Of a stretch of 64,000 nucleotides of DNA, positions 47,652 to 57,236 are shown piece after piece. This DNA is from a virus. The stretch lies in the IMG/VR virus record IMGVR_UViG_3300000568_000014; one strand, 5' to 3'. Every line of letters begins with the position of its first letter. Position 1 is the stretch's first letter. Both the position numbers and the translations under genes were made by a program. The notes under the pieces were generated by a model. The model ran no database searches. It worked only from the letters and a program-made list of their open reading frames with translations, and was not told where the DNA came from.

Positions 47652-47681
47652 TTTTTCAGATAATGTGAGTTAACAGAAAAA
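47652..47681. repeat. dif-like site 10 (TTTTTCAGATAA-TGTGAG-TTAACAGAAAAA)
   Basis: 1 bp from the stop of the minus-strand ORF 47683..48066. Confidence 0.75.
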
Positions 47682-47682
47682 G

Positions 47683-48066
47683 TTATTTTCTCTTTCCTTT
47701 ATACTCATCGTATACTATCCTGGCTTTCCCTCCTCTCTCCCGGTATACTCGCCCTCCAAATTCACACTCTGAAGATATTTTTCTTATTAATTCTGTGAGT
47801 TGTTTGTCTTTTTCTTGGACAACTTCTCTATGGGACAATCCAAAGTCGGTTCCCCTCCCCCTATATGCCATCATATCAAGAACTGCTTCTGCCGCTCCAA
47901 TTTTTCTTGATATGTTCCTAAGATCAGAAATCGCTCCGTCAATATCACACTTGCCCGAATGCTTACGTTTAGCCTTTTCGAGGTCGTTTGAGATTTCCTT
48001 GTCTAATTTTTGGAGGAATATCTTAAGATCCTCTTCACTTTTCCCAGGTGAGATTTTAATAACCAT
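47683..48066 (-). CDS. hypothetical helical protein
   Basis: Lone minus-strand gene flanked by sites 10 and 11. Confidence 0.55.
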   Translation of the reverse strand: MVIKISPGKSEEDLKIFLQKLDKEISNDLEKAKRKHSGKCDIDGAISDLRNISRKIGAAEAVLDMMAYRGRGTDFGLSHREVVQEKDKQLTELIRKISSECEFGGRVYRERGGKARIVYDEYKGKRK

Positions 48067-48118
48067 AGTTATTCATATGTGAGTCAATAAATATAAGTTA
48101 TTGGTCCTACGAGCTATA

Positions 48119-48145
48119 TTTTCTGTTAAAGGATATTAACAGAAA
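48119..48145. repeat. dif-like site 11 (TTTTCTGTTAA-AGGATA-TTAACAGAAA)
   Basis: Spacer differs from site 1 by one base. Confidence 0.85.
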
Positions 48146-48356
48146 GATTCGAAACCTTTTTAAGGTTCAAACGCTTACACACTTACACACATGGAAGACA
48201 CCGACGAGTTAGATGGACCTCTTGGACATTTTTCTTTGGAACGCCTTAAGCACATCCAAGACGTAATGGCAGCAGAAGTCATAAAATCGTATAACCAATG
48301 GATGAAAAGCCAAAACAGGCTTAAAAAAGTAACGAAAGAAATTGACGAGAGAGAAA

Positions 48357-48908
48357 ATGAAGGCTATTATTGACGTTGACAACACGCTTTGCGAGTATTC
48401 GTTTGTTTTATACGACGAACTGAATAAAATAAACGAAGAAGTTCCCCTACCAATTGATTGGAATGACTGGAACTTCTACAAGGGGTTGATTAGCGACGAG
48501 GACTTTTACAAAGCCGCCGATCTTGCACAGAACAGAATTATGGAATGCAATATGGTTCCAGGTGCCAAAGAATTCACGCAAATATTGTCCGATCTTGGGT
48601 ATGAGATAATAATTGCGTCTCACCGACAAGACGAAAGCAAGATTCTCCTAGAGAAGTGGCTAATGAAAAACGGAATAAAATATAATAAAATCCATATATC
48701 GTTTGATAAGACAGTATTGTTTGGAGACGAAGGAGTGATTCTCGTTGTAGAAGATTCCCCTGTGGTAATTAAAGAGTCTTGTGGAAGGGGTATAACCACA
48801 CTTGCAATAAGCAGGCCATGGAATAGAGCTCTCAAAGATAAGAATCTTTATATGATTAACGATTACACATCAATAATTCCAGATATCAAAAAACGCCTTG
48901 GAGATTAA
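48357..48908 (+). CDS. HAD-family 5'(3')-deoxyribonucleotidase-like protein
   Basis: IIDVDNTL motif I, IASHR, VEDSP, RPWN. Confidence 0.8.
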   Translation: MKAIIDVDNTLCEYSFVLYDELNKINEEVPLPIDWNDWNFYKGLISDEDFYKAADLAQNRIMECNMVPGAKEFTQILSDLGYEIIIASHRQDESKILLEKWLMKNGIKYNKIHISFDKTVLFGDEGVILVVEDSPVVIKESCGRGITTLAISRPWNRALKDKNLYMINDYTSIIPDIKKRLGD

Positions 48909-49490
48909 ATGGACGTTGAGAATTATAATAAATGCAGGGGAGTTTTCTCCCCTCTCGTTGAGCACAATGAATGTGTTTGTGGCATGTGGATGGTTGGAAA
49001 CAACTACAGAAACTCTACGAATTATTTTGGTGCATATCCTCCAAGTTATCTTAAAAGAATGGGATGGTTGTTCCCAGAGGAGAATAAAAACGGAAGAATT
49101 TTGCATCTGTTCTCTGGAATGATAGATATAGACGAAAGAGAAAGAGTGTCTACGTTTGACATTAAGGAAGATACTCCCGCAACTCATCATGGAAACGCAG
49201 AGGTCATTGATCTCTTCTTCAGGGAAAATGAATTTGACCTTATACTTGCAGATCCTCCTTACGACAATAATCACGTTAAATATGGAACAGAAAAGGTGAA
49301 CAAGAAAAAAGTCATTAAAGCGTGTTCAAAGATATTAAAAATCGGAGGACACCTCGTATGGTTAGACACTACAATGCCGATATGGGCTAAGAAAGACGGC
49401 TGGAAATTAGTAGGAACCATAGGTCTTCTACAATCTACTAATCATAAGGTTAGAATAGCAACAATACTGAGGAAAGTCAATGGGAATTAA
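48909..49490 (+). CDS. amino (N6A/N4C) DNA methyltransferase
   Basis: ILHLFSG SAM-binding motif and ILADPPY catalytic motif. Confidence 0.75.
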   Translation: MDVENYNKCRGVFSPLVEHNECVCGMWMVGNNYRNSTNYFGAYPPSYLKRMGWLFPEENKNGRILHLFSGMIDIDERERVSTFDIKEDTPATHHGNAEVIDLFFRENEFDLILADPPYDNNHVKYGTEKVNKKKVIKACSKILKIGGHLVWLDTTMPIWAKKDGWKLVGTIGLLQSTNHKVRIATILRKVNGN

Positions 49491-50196
49491 CTTTGGTGGA
49501 TTTCTTCCACTCAGTACACTTGATTGGAGAGGGCGTTGTGTATGTGTGGTCTTTTTTAGGGGATGCCCCAATAAATGTTGGTATTGCCACAATAAGCACA
49601 TTAGAGATGATTACGATATAAAATCGGACGATGAAATAATGGAGATGATAAATTCGTCTAAATTGTTGATTTCGGGTGTTGTCTTTTCTGGTGGTGAACC
49701 AACTATGCAAAGTAGCATCATACCACTTGCAGAACGGGTAAAACACGCCGGTTATGGACTCGCAATTCACACCTCTGGTATAGCTCCTGACAATCTGGAA
49801 AGACTAATAGAAAAGGATCTTGTAGATAAAATCGCGCTTGATATTAAAACTTCATGGGGAAATAATCATGATACCTATAACAGGCTCCTTGAAGGTAAGG
49901 TTGGATATCATGTAAGTAAGTCTTTAAAGTTATGTCAGTATCACTATAGAGAAGGCAATCTCAAAGAATTCGAAGTTGTAACGACTCTCTTCAACGAGAT
50001 AAATACGGGGGATGTATTTAAAATAAAAAGATATCTTGATAAGGATACCAAATGGATTCTCAATCAGGGAATAACACCAGGACATTACGTAATGACTTCA
50101 AATGATCTCAAGCAATTAGCAGACAAACTTAAAAGGAAAGTCTACATAAGGACGAGAGAGGATGGTGAGTTTGAATATGTCCCGAAAAAAGTGTGA
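49480..50196 (+). CDS. nrdG: anaerobic ribonucleotide reductase activating enzyme (radical SAM)
   Basis: STLDWRG..VFFRGCPNKCWYCHN, FSGGEPTMQ, IHTSG, IALDIK. Confidence 0.85.
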   Translation: MGINFGGFLPLSTLDWRGRCVCVVFFRGCPNKCWYCHNKHIRDDYDIKSDDEIMEMINSSKLLISGVVFSGGEPTMQSSIIPLAERVKHAGYGLAIHTSGIAPDNLERLIEKDLVDKIALDIKTSWGNNHDTYNRLLEGKVGYHVSKSLKLCQYHYREGNLKEFEVVTTLFNEINTGDVFKIKRYLDKDTKWILNQGITPGHYVMTSNDLKQLADKLKRKVYIRTREDGEFEYVPKKV

Positions 50197-50548
50197 TCCA
50201 GGGATGGTATTTCTTGGATGTCTCTTTAAAGCAGTGGGAGAAGAGATCATTGAAGATAACATCAGAAATTACCGAGTTGACTGTAACAAAGTATACCCTG
50301 CAAATTTAATCGAGTGGATAAAATGAAAAGAGAATGTACATGTAGAGATTGGATAGAAGGTATTGAATCGTTGAACGCAATGTGCTTTATTGGACAGATC
50401 CATGGAAGTCATATATATACGGGTAAGAACTTTACATTCTGTCCGTATTGTGGACTCCCTCTTGTAGAAGAAGACGGAGGAATTCCAAACTTCTGCGATT
50501 TTGGAGACTAAACAAGATTAGCACTAATCAGGATTAGGAGATTTACAC

Positions 50549-50785
50549 ATGTGGCAAGATTTTGTAATAATGAGCATATCGATCCTCTTTACAGTGATGT
50601 TAATTCCACAATTGATCGATTGCATTCGCGGAAGGGCAAAAACCAATAAATTGACTGCAATCAGCACTGGGACAGGTCTTGTGATTATGGGAATATGTTA
50701 TTGCACACTTGGATTGTACCTTTCGTTCTTATTCTCTGTAGTAACTGGAATTACATGGTACTTACTTGCGATCAGTTGGAGGTGA
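50549..50785 (+). CDS. PQ-loop-like three-TM membrane protein
   Basis: LIPQL motif, three hydrophobic helices. Confidence 0.55.
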   Translation: MWQDFVIMSISILFTVMLIPQLIDCIRGRAKTNKLTAISTGTGLVIMGICYCTLGLYLSFLFSVVTGITWYLLAISWR

Positions 50786-51170
50786 ATTGCCGTATAAGGA
50801 CAGAAAACAACAACTCAAATATCAACGCGAATGGTACAGAGTTCCAGAAAACGGAGATAAAATCCGAAATAAAAACGCAGAAAGAAAACGGGAAATAAAA
50901 ACGTGGCTCAGAGAATTAAAGAACACCATGGAATGTGAGGCATGTGGAGAGAAAGAACCAATATGCCTCGATTTCCACCATGAAGATGAAAAAAACAAAG
51001 AACATAATATAAGCAACATGATAAAAAAAGGATTCTCAAAAAACAGGATCATGGAAGAAATAGAAAAGTGCGTGGTATTATGTGCAAACTGCCACAGAAA
51101 GTATCATGCAGGTTTAATAACTTTAGAGAAGAAACAGATAAATGGCGATTCTGATGCCGATATTCAATAA
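50766..51170 (+). CDS. HNH endonuclease
   Basis: CEACGE..LDFHH..LCANCHRKYH. Confidence 0.8.
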   Translation: MRSVGGELPYKDRKQQLKYQREWYRVPENGDKIRNKNAERKREIKTWLRELKNTMECEACGEKEPICLDFHHEDEKNKEHNISNMIKKGFSKNRIMEEIEKCVVLCANCHRKYHAGLITLEKKQINGDSDADIQ

Positions 51171-51783
51171 AAAGTGGACTATAATTAATCTGTCAACCCG
51201 CCTCAATAAGGAGGAAATTGACAAGTGTATTCAAGTTACTGAAATGCCATCGTGTGTTGAATTTGAATACAGAGAAGAACCTTTTGAAGTGTTACCATGG
51301 GGAAAATCACAATGGCCTTGGGGCTTAAAACCATGGACTGTTGTTATCAGTGATTTTGTTGATCCAAGGTTCCCTAAAAATGGTGAGAACTTTGTAGGTG
51401 GCTCTGCAAGGAATAGATGTACTGTCGCCTTCATACCAGGGATTGACTCCCGACTTCAATTCGGATGCAGAATTTGGCACGAAATGATTCATTGTATGGA
51501 AATAGATAGCGATCAGATGGATAAGAACGACAGGTATAGTTTCTGTAAATGGGTCAACTCCAAACCAAAAGAGATTAAATACGAAAGAAGCGGCAATTCA
51601 ATGTTATGGTGTGATGGATACACTGCACTCACGGATGAACAAATCTCCGATGTGCAAGCTGCGTACTACACATACTTAATGAAATTAAATTTCCCGTCGT
51701 GTTTTAGAAGCCCTGTGAACATTTCTTTAATTCTAAAGCGGCTGCTAGAATTAATAAAAAAGATTTTTGGTGGCTCTAAATAA
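51142..51783 (+). CDS. putative zinc metalloprotease
   Basis: HEMIH (HExxH); C-terminal amphipathic tail LKRLLELIKKIFGGSK. Confidence 0.55.
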   Translation: MAILMPIFNKKWTIINLSTRLNKEEIDKCIQVTEMPSCVEFEYREEPFEVLPWGKSQWPWGLKPWTVVISDFVDPRFPKNGENFVGGSARNRCTVAFIPGIDSRLQFGCRIWHEMIHCMEIDSDQMDKNDRYSFCKWVNSKPKEIKYERSGNSMLWCDGYTALTDEQISDVQAAYYTYLMKLNFPSCFRSPVNISLILKRLLELIKKIFGGSK

Positions 51784-51799
51784 TTTTCTTTACCTCTTT

Positions 51800-52069
51800 T
51801 TATCTCCTGTTCGGAACGAAGGATACAACTCCCATAGCAGAGGGATTTGTAATTGCGTTCATTCCTGAAATTGCTATAAGGGTAAATCCGTTTGCAGTTG
51901 CCAGGGGTTTATACTCGGCTGGAACGACATTAAACATGCTTGCTAACAGGGTTGCTACTCCAACGACTCCAGCCGCAAGGTTGGGTCGCGTTGGAGCGAA
52001 TCTCTTTGCTAAGTAGTACTCGACTACTCCTGCACCAGCACCAATTCCGTATGAAAGAGTTTCATCCAT
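51800..52069 (-). CDS. small membrane protein, resembling 24446..24883
   Basis: Hydrophobic Ala/Gly-rich helices; own TATA. Confidence 0.5.
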   Translation of the reverse strand: MDETLSYGIGAGAGVVEYYLAKRFAPTRPNLAAGVVGVATLLASMFNVVPAEYKPLATANGFTLIAISGMNAITNPSAMGVVSFVPNRR

Positions 52070-52266
52070 GTGTAAGTATTAACAGGGTAAATATATAAAA
52101 GTGTAGTGTTCATATATCTACATATGAGTGATCAGCCACAATATATTTCAAGAAAGCCTCCCTCATCTCTTGAAATTGACCTTTCTAAGGTTGGTAAGAA
52201 GTCTCCGCGTACGGTTGAAATTAAACATCCAGAAAAGTTTGTAAATATAGAGAGGGGTGATAAATA

Positions 52267-53202
52267 ATGGAAGGAAGTTGTCTTCAATTTGGTAGTGCTT
52301 CTCCACCTCTTGGATGGTGGAAAACATGCGGATTCTTAATTGATGGGACTTCATACACTGTAGACGAATCTCCATTATATATTCAACCAGGGACAACCAT
52401 TACTCCATTTGTAGGCTTCTACACTGGATTTCCAGACATTAATCCAGAATGCGGGGGAAACTCTACTATCAGGATTATTTTCACCAACATGGATACAGAA
52501 GCAGAAATAAGCGTCCTTCAGATGACCGTAGAACCGAACACACAGTATGATACTTGGTGGATGCCATCCTTTGTAATGCCGACATCTGATATACACGTTG
52601 CATGGGTGATGTATATTGTTGAGCCTTCCTCTGGAGATTTGGTATATGCAACCGAAACGGGAACCTTCACCAAGAGAGCCGTTCAATGCTTTGAGGGAGA
52701 GACCGAATGCAGGGATGGATATCTTTGGGAGTGTGAATCGAGCAGGTGGAGAAACACTTATGAACCATGTGGAACAGTTTGTACACCCGGAGCAACAGAC
52801 TGTAATGGACCCGGAGGGACGAGGAGAACATGTAATACATCCGGTCAGTGGGTAAATACTGGAGAAGCGTGTGGGACGACTTGTACACCCGGAGCCACCG
52901 ACTGCAACGGACCTGGGGGAACTAGGAGAACATGTAATACATCCGGTCAGTGGGTAAATACTGGGGAATCCTGTAATGGTACTCAGGAATGTGACCCTCT
53001 CAACGAGCCTTACAAGTGTGTGGATTGTAATCTTTACAGGTGCAACGACGGTCAGTGGCAGCTTGTAGGAGAACCCCCGATGCTGGAACACATAAAATAC
53101 TGTGGTATTCAGTGTAATACTCCTCTGGTAATAGGGATTGCAGGGGCAACGATAGCAGTAGCAGGACTTGCATACTACCTGTATACTAAAAAGAAAAGGT
53201 GA
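52267..53202 (+). CDS. Cys-rich repeat surface protein with C-terminal TM
   Basis: CxxGxTxC..C..GQW repeats including a 102-bp tandem duplication (52780/52882); TM and KKKR. Confidence 0.7.
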   Translation: MEGSCLQFGSASPPLGWWKTCGFLIDGTSYTVDESPLYIQPGTTITPFVGFYTGFPDINPECGGNSTIRIIFTNMDTEAEISVLQMTVEPNTQYDTWWMPSFVMPTSDIHVAWVMYIVEPSSGDLVYATETGTFTKRAVQCFEGETECRDGYLWECESSRWRNTYEPCGTVCTPGATDCNGPGGTRRTCNTSGQWVNTGEACGTTCTPGATDCNGPGGTRRTCNTSGQWVNTGESCNGTQECDPLNEPYKCVDCNLYRCNDGQWQLVGEPPMLEHIKYCGIQCNTPLVIGIAGATIAVAGLAYYLYTKKKR

Positions 53203-53208
53203 TTCCTC

Positions 53209-53463
53209 ATGCCATATGATATGAACCTTATAGAGCATATGCAAAGGGTAATAGAAGAGGGAGAAAGGATAAAAGAAAGTCGGGATGCCTGTTCCGCAGA
53301 GTGTTGGCTTGAGAAATCTAAATATTTAATGTCTCTCAATTGGAATATGGTTCTTCAATATCAGGGTTCTAGAGAAAAACAAATATCTCAACTCCTCGAT
53401 GAACTTTCGAGCGTTAGCATTGATGTAATGGATGTAGTGTGTACATGCAAGATGAAATGGTAA
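53209..53463 (+). CDS. hypothetical protein
   Basis: 84-aa helical ORF with AGGTGA RBS. Confidence 0.5.
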   Translation: MPYDMNLIEHMQRVIEEGERIKESRDACSAECWLEKSKYLMSLNWNMVLQYQGSREKQISQLLDELSSVSIDVMDVVCTCKMKW

Positions 53464-53604
53464 GGAAACTTGATTACTTGAGAAATGCTGTCGTTTCCAG
53501 GTGTAAAGAAAGACTTGACAACTCAAAAAATACTTTTCTTACTAAAGATATTGAATATGGTGTATCTTACTCTATGAAGCAGAGACACGGATTATAGTTC
53601 CAGA

Positions 53605-53930
53605 CATATTCTTGATCCATTGATATAAATTCTTGATCGATTGATATACTTTTTTGATCGATCTATATACTTTCTTTATAGTTGTAGATCCTTGGGTACA
53701 TTTTCTTGATCCATCCATATATGTTCTTTACTCTCGTTGATCCTTCCACATACATTCTTTACCCGTGTTGATCCGTCCATTCATATTCCTAGACCGTATA
53801 TAGTCTTATTTTCTCTGCTTTACGAACACACCAGCCATTTTACAGTGGATCGTCCTCGCTGAAACGTCTTCGTCCTGCCTTACGAGAAATCGGGGAAAAT
53901 TTGATCAAATTTTGAAAAAATTGATCGAAA
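53605..53930. repeat. non-coding GATC-rich degenerate repeat region
   Basis: 11 GATC sites, mostly as TTGATC(C/G), many at 21-31 bp spacing; palindrome AAAATTTGATCAAATTTT at 53896-53913. Confidence 0.7.
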
Positions 53931-53981
53931 TGTTTAATATTTCAGAAGTCGATTCTTAATCGGCGTCCAAAAACGGCGTCG

Positions 53982-54009
53982 TTTTCTGTTAATGGGCATT
54001 AACAGAAAA
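53982..54009. repeat. dif-like site 12 (TTTTCTGTTAA-TGGGCA-TTAACAGAAAA)
   Basis: Perfect 11-6-11 site. Confidence 0.85.
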
Positions 54010-54232
54010 TATTTAAACAATAAAAACAAAACAGAAAAACAGTGAAAATTTTTTACTCCTGAAAAAATGCAATTTGACCGGAAAAAGGCCATATTCGCGT
54101 TTTAAAGGAAAAGGATTTTCACCACTACCAAACATTGACCAAACGGGAGAAACGCCAACAGAAGGCCAACAAAGGCCGCTTAAAGGCATATTCCCAAACG
54201 GTCAAAAACCCTCAAAACAGGTGGAAAACGAT

Positions 54233-54652
54233 ATGGCGAAAGACAACACAAAAAAGGATGTCTCTAATGTAGAGACAGGCAAGAAAGTACAAGGGACTAC
54301 CCCGATCAGTGATCAGGAAAGAGTACAGAAAATTGTCTCTTCTCTCAAAAATCTCCTAGAGACAGGAGAAGAATGGCAGAGAAAGAGTACAAGTATTTCT
54401 GGTGTCTCTGTCATTCGACTCCCAGAGAGTAAGACTAGAAAGGCATCTCTGGCAGTAGAGATTAACCCATTGAATGATCAGGGTCTCCCGATCAAAAAGA
54501 AGGGAGTTATGATCATGAATCCCAGTGAAGTAGAGGCATTCCAGAATGTATTCTCTGACAGTAGAATACCTTCCCTCGTAACTCTGGCAAACGATGTATC
54601 CGGTATTCAGAAGAGAACCTCTTCAAAGAGTACCGATATCATCGAAATTTAA
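54233..54652 (+). CDS. conserved archaeal-type hypothetical protein
   Basis: WQRKSTSISGVSVIRLP..LAVEINP..KKKGVMI; start MAKDN after an AGGTGG RBS. Confidence 0.55.
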   Translation: MAKDNTKKDVSNVETGKKVQGTTPISDQERVQKIVSSLKNLLETGEEWQRKSTSISGVSVIRLPESKTRKASLAVEINPLNDQGLPIKKKGVMIMNPSEVEAFQNVFSDSRIPSLVTLANDVSGIQKRTSSKSTDIIEI

Positions 54653-54674
54653 TCTTTTTTAGGAGTGTTTTGAT

Positions 54675-55022
54675 ATGGTAGATACTACTTTTCTGGTGGA
54701 CGGAATAAACATCCATATATCCGGTAATTTATCGGGACTAATGGTAGAGGATGATACCTATGATCCCAATTACCAGGAAGCTAATTACTTATCTCCTTAC
54801 TTCTTAAAGCATGGAGATATAAGATGCCAAGTGAAATGCAAAACGTGTACAGAATCTAACACTATAGCGTATGGATACAGAAAATGCTCACGTTCTGGAA
54901 AGAGATGTGAAAAAGGTTGGGTATTCTGTGATCATCACAGACTACTCCCAGAGATAAAGGAGGTACTAAAACTAAAAGAAGAGAAATTACCCTTAAGAGG
55001 GGGATGGATTACTCCCCTATAA
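54675..55022 (+). CDS. hypothetical Cys-containing protein
   Basis: 115-aa ORF with AGGAG RBS. Confidence 0.5.
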   Translation: MVDTTFLVDGINIHISGNLSGLMVEDDTYDPNYQEANYLSPYFLKHGDIRCQVKCKTCTESNTIAYGYRKCSRSGKRCEKGWVFCDHHRLLPEIKEVLKLKEEKLPLRGGWITPL

Positions 55023-55186
55023 CTCTGCATTTTCCCTCTTTTTATGTTTTTATTATTGAGTTATAACACAAGAGCACATGCTATTTTTGGAATAGAGCGT
55101 AATTTGATCATATCCACCTGTCCGTATTACGTTCTATTCCCTTCATTTTTATTGTTTTTATGTGATTAGACTACTTTATTGAGGTT

Positions 55187-55444
55187 ATGATCATGGATAA
55201 AGACAAGGTAATAATTGAGTTGTCCTCAAAAGAGATATTTGTGGTGTCATCACTCATGTACTTGTGGAGAGCATTGGCAAATAATCCAGTCGCCTTAGAT
55301 GTTATGTTCCACTCATCAGATGGATTAACAAAGAAAGTAATAGGAGAGATCGTTGCTCTTGATCTGGATGGCTCCTTTAATGATGCAGTAGATAAATACA
55401 AATCTGCTGCAATAGCAATTGCAGACGATGGGAGAAATGTATGA
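55187..55444 (+). CDS. hypothetical protein
   Basis: GAGGT RBS. Confidence 0.5.
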   Translation: MIMDKDKVIIELSSKEIFVVSSLMYLWRALANNPVALDVMFHSSDGLTKKVIGEIVALDLDGSFNDAVDKYKSAAIAIADDGRNV

Positions 55445-55738
55445 GGGACTTTGACATCGCCATACTGGTATTAGAGAACGTACTTGAGAGACATTCATTG
55501 TCTCCTCATGATACCTTTGAGATAATGGAAGCAATATCAACCATAAAGAGGTTAAGAGATGAACAACCCTCATAACTTTACTGACAACGAATGGTTAACC
55601 CTGTGTAATAGGATTAACTCGTTCGGATATAAATCTCGCTCTTTGAGAAGACTTGGGAAAGTGAGGTACGTACTATGGAGGATAAATCACCCAGAGGTAA
55701 AAGAGCCGTTTTGGATGAAACCCACTGTACCCGAATAA

Positions 55739-55763
55739 TTTCTATTAATGCTAATTAACAGAA
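55739..55763. repeat. dif-like site 13 (TTTCTATTAA-TGCTAA-TTAACAGAA)
   Basis: Intergenic, just before the RBS of 55774. Confidence 0.7.
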
Positions 55764-55773
55764 GGGAGTAATA

Positions 55774-55956
55774 ATGCCAGAATTACATAGGTTAAAAATG
55801 GATGTTCGTCTGGTGATACGGGCGTATAATGATGAACACCTTGCCGATAGAATTAACGATCTTTGCAATGCAGTACGCAAAGCAATTGAAGAAGATGATT
55901 ATCAGCAATCATTTGACATCTTCGAGTGGAAAGAAATTCCATTCGAAAAAGGATAA
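55774..55956 (+). CDS. hypothetical protein
   Basis: Single gene between sites 13 and 14. Confidence 0.5.
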   Translation: MPELHRLKMDVRLVIRAYNDEHLADRINDLCNAVRKAIEEDDYQQSFDIFEWKEIPFEKG

Positions 55957-55961
55957 CATTC

Positions 55962-55986
55962 TTTCGGTTAACATGAGTTAACAGAA
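55962..55986. repeat. dif-like site 14 (TTTCGGTTAA-CATGAG-TTAACAGAA)
   Basis: 5 bp after the stop codon. Confidence 0.75.
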
Positions 55987-56229
55987 TTTTGAAGGTGAAA
56001 TATATGTCTATTCCTAAGCTAAAGGAAACTTCTTGCACTTGTAAGGAATGCGTAAACATGTGCAAGAAAAGACCCTGTTGGGGATTCTACGGAGGAATAG
56101 AGCAAATACTGGAAGAAACCGGGATGGAAAAAGCAGATGAAATTAATTGACATTCTTGAGGTCATAGCTATGGCTATTTGCCTTGCCGCAATAGTTATCG
56201 CAGCAGTTTACTACACGTGAGGAAGAAAC

Positions 56230-56451
56230 ATGCCGTTTTACAGTGTAAGATGTGTATACTCTGCTCTTGTTCAAGAAGATTTACTTATATACTTGAACGA
56301 TAGTGAAGTGAAGGATTTTGAAGAGGAATTCGAAAAAGCATCTCTTGAAGATCAACAGGTAATGGTTGAAAACAGCTATCTTGATCGTGATGGAATAGAA
56401 GTACTTGAAGTGATCAACGTAACGAGCGTTGATATGACGGAAGTAAAATAG
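56230..56451 (+). CDS. hypothetical acidic protein
   Basis: 73-aa ORF ending at site 15. Confidence 0.5.
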   Translation: MPFYSVRCVYSALVQEDLLIYLNDSEVKDFEEEFEKASLEDQQVMVENSYLDRDGIEVLEVINVTSVDMTEVK

Positions 56452-56479
56452 TTTTCTGTTAAATACAATTAACAGAAAA
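56452..56479. repeat. dif-like site 15 (TTTTCTGTTAA-ATACAA-TTAACAGAAAA)
   Basis: Perfect 11-6-11 site directly after TAG. Confidence 0.85.
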
Positions 56480-56735
56480 GAAGGAGTTATGATAACTGAA
56501 GTAACGTTGTGGGACCATGGAAGAATCATGGAAATAAGATCAGACGACACGATAAGATTTTGCGATGTGGCTAATGCAAAACTATCGGAAAAGCTTACTT
56601 TCAAGGAGCTTTTTGATCTTGTTTCAGAGTACGCAAGCAAGAGGGAATGATGGATCTTGAACTGACAGAAGAAGAAGCTTTACTACAGAAGCTTTTAAGA
56701 AACGCGGAAATAGCGTGGTCAAAAGAGGGTAGGAA

Positions 56736-56966
56736 ATGACAAAAACAGAGATTAACATTGGAGGAGGGCTGTCATTTGTGGTATTCTTAGTACTGCAAAC
56801 AGTCCTTCTGGTATTGCATTACGGAAGGTCAACAATTTTCGGAGTGGATTGGATTAACCTTCCGTGGTGGATTATATGGATGCCGCTGTTGGTGATAGTA
56901 CTGATCATATGTATAATATTAGTAGTCCTGATATTCGTACTGATTCTTGACTATTTAACATTTTAG
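56736..56966 (+). CDS. two-TM membrane protein
   Basis: WWIIWMPL motif, two hydrophobic helices. Confidence 0.6.
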   Translation: MTKTEINIGGGLSFVVFLVLQTVLLVLHYGRSTIFGVDWINLPWWIIWMPLLVIVLIICIILVVLIFVLILDYLTF

Positions 56967-56975
56967 GAGGTTTTA

Positions 56976-57236
56976 ATGTCACACAATCCTTTATCGGTCT
57001 TACCAAGGACGCGCAAAAACAGCGAAGATACGGAGTACCTACTTAGTAAAGCCTTAAAGAACGTAAACTTCTTTGATGAGCATCCCTGCAAATTAAGGGA
57101 TGTGATGGGTAAAGAGAAATGCGAAGACGGAGAGTGTCCTTTTGCCTTATCAATGTATTACTGCGCGATATTCGCAATGAGAGCAGGAGGACTTGAAAAT
57201 TGCAAAAAAATTGAGAAAGAGGTAGAAAAATGTTAG
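56976..57236 (+). CDS. hypothetical Cys-containing protein
   Basis: GGAGG RBS. Confidence 0.45.
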   Translation: MSHNPLSVLPRTRKNSEDTEYLLSKALKNVNFFDEHPCKLRDVMGKEKCEDGECPFALSMYYCAIFAMRAGGLENCKKIEKEVEKC

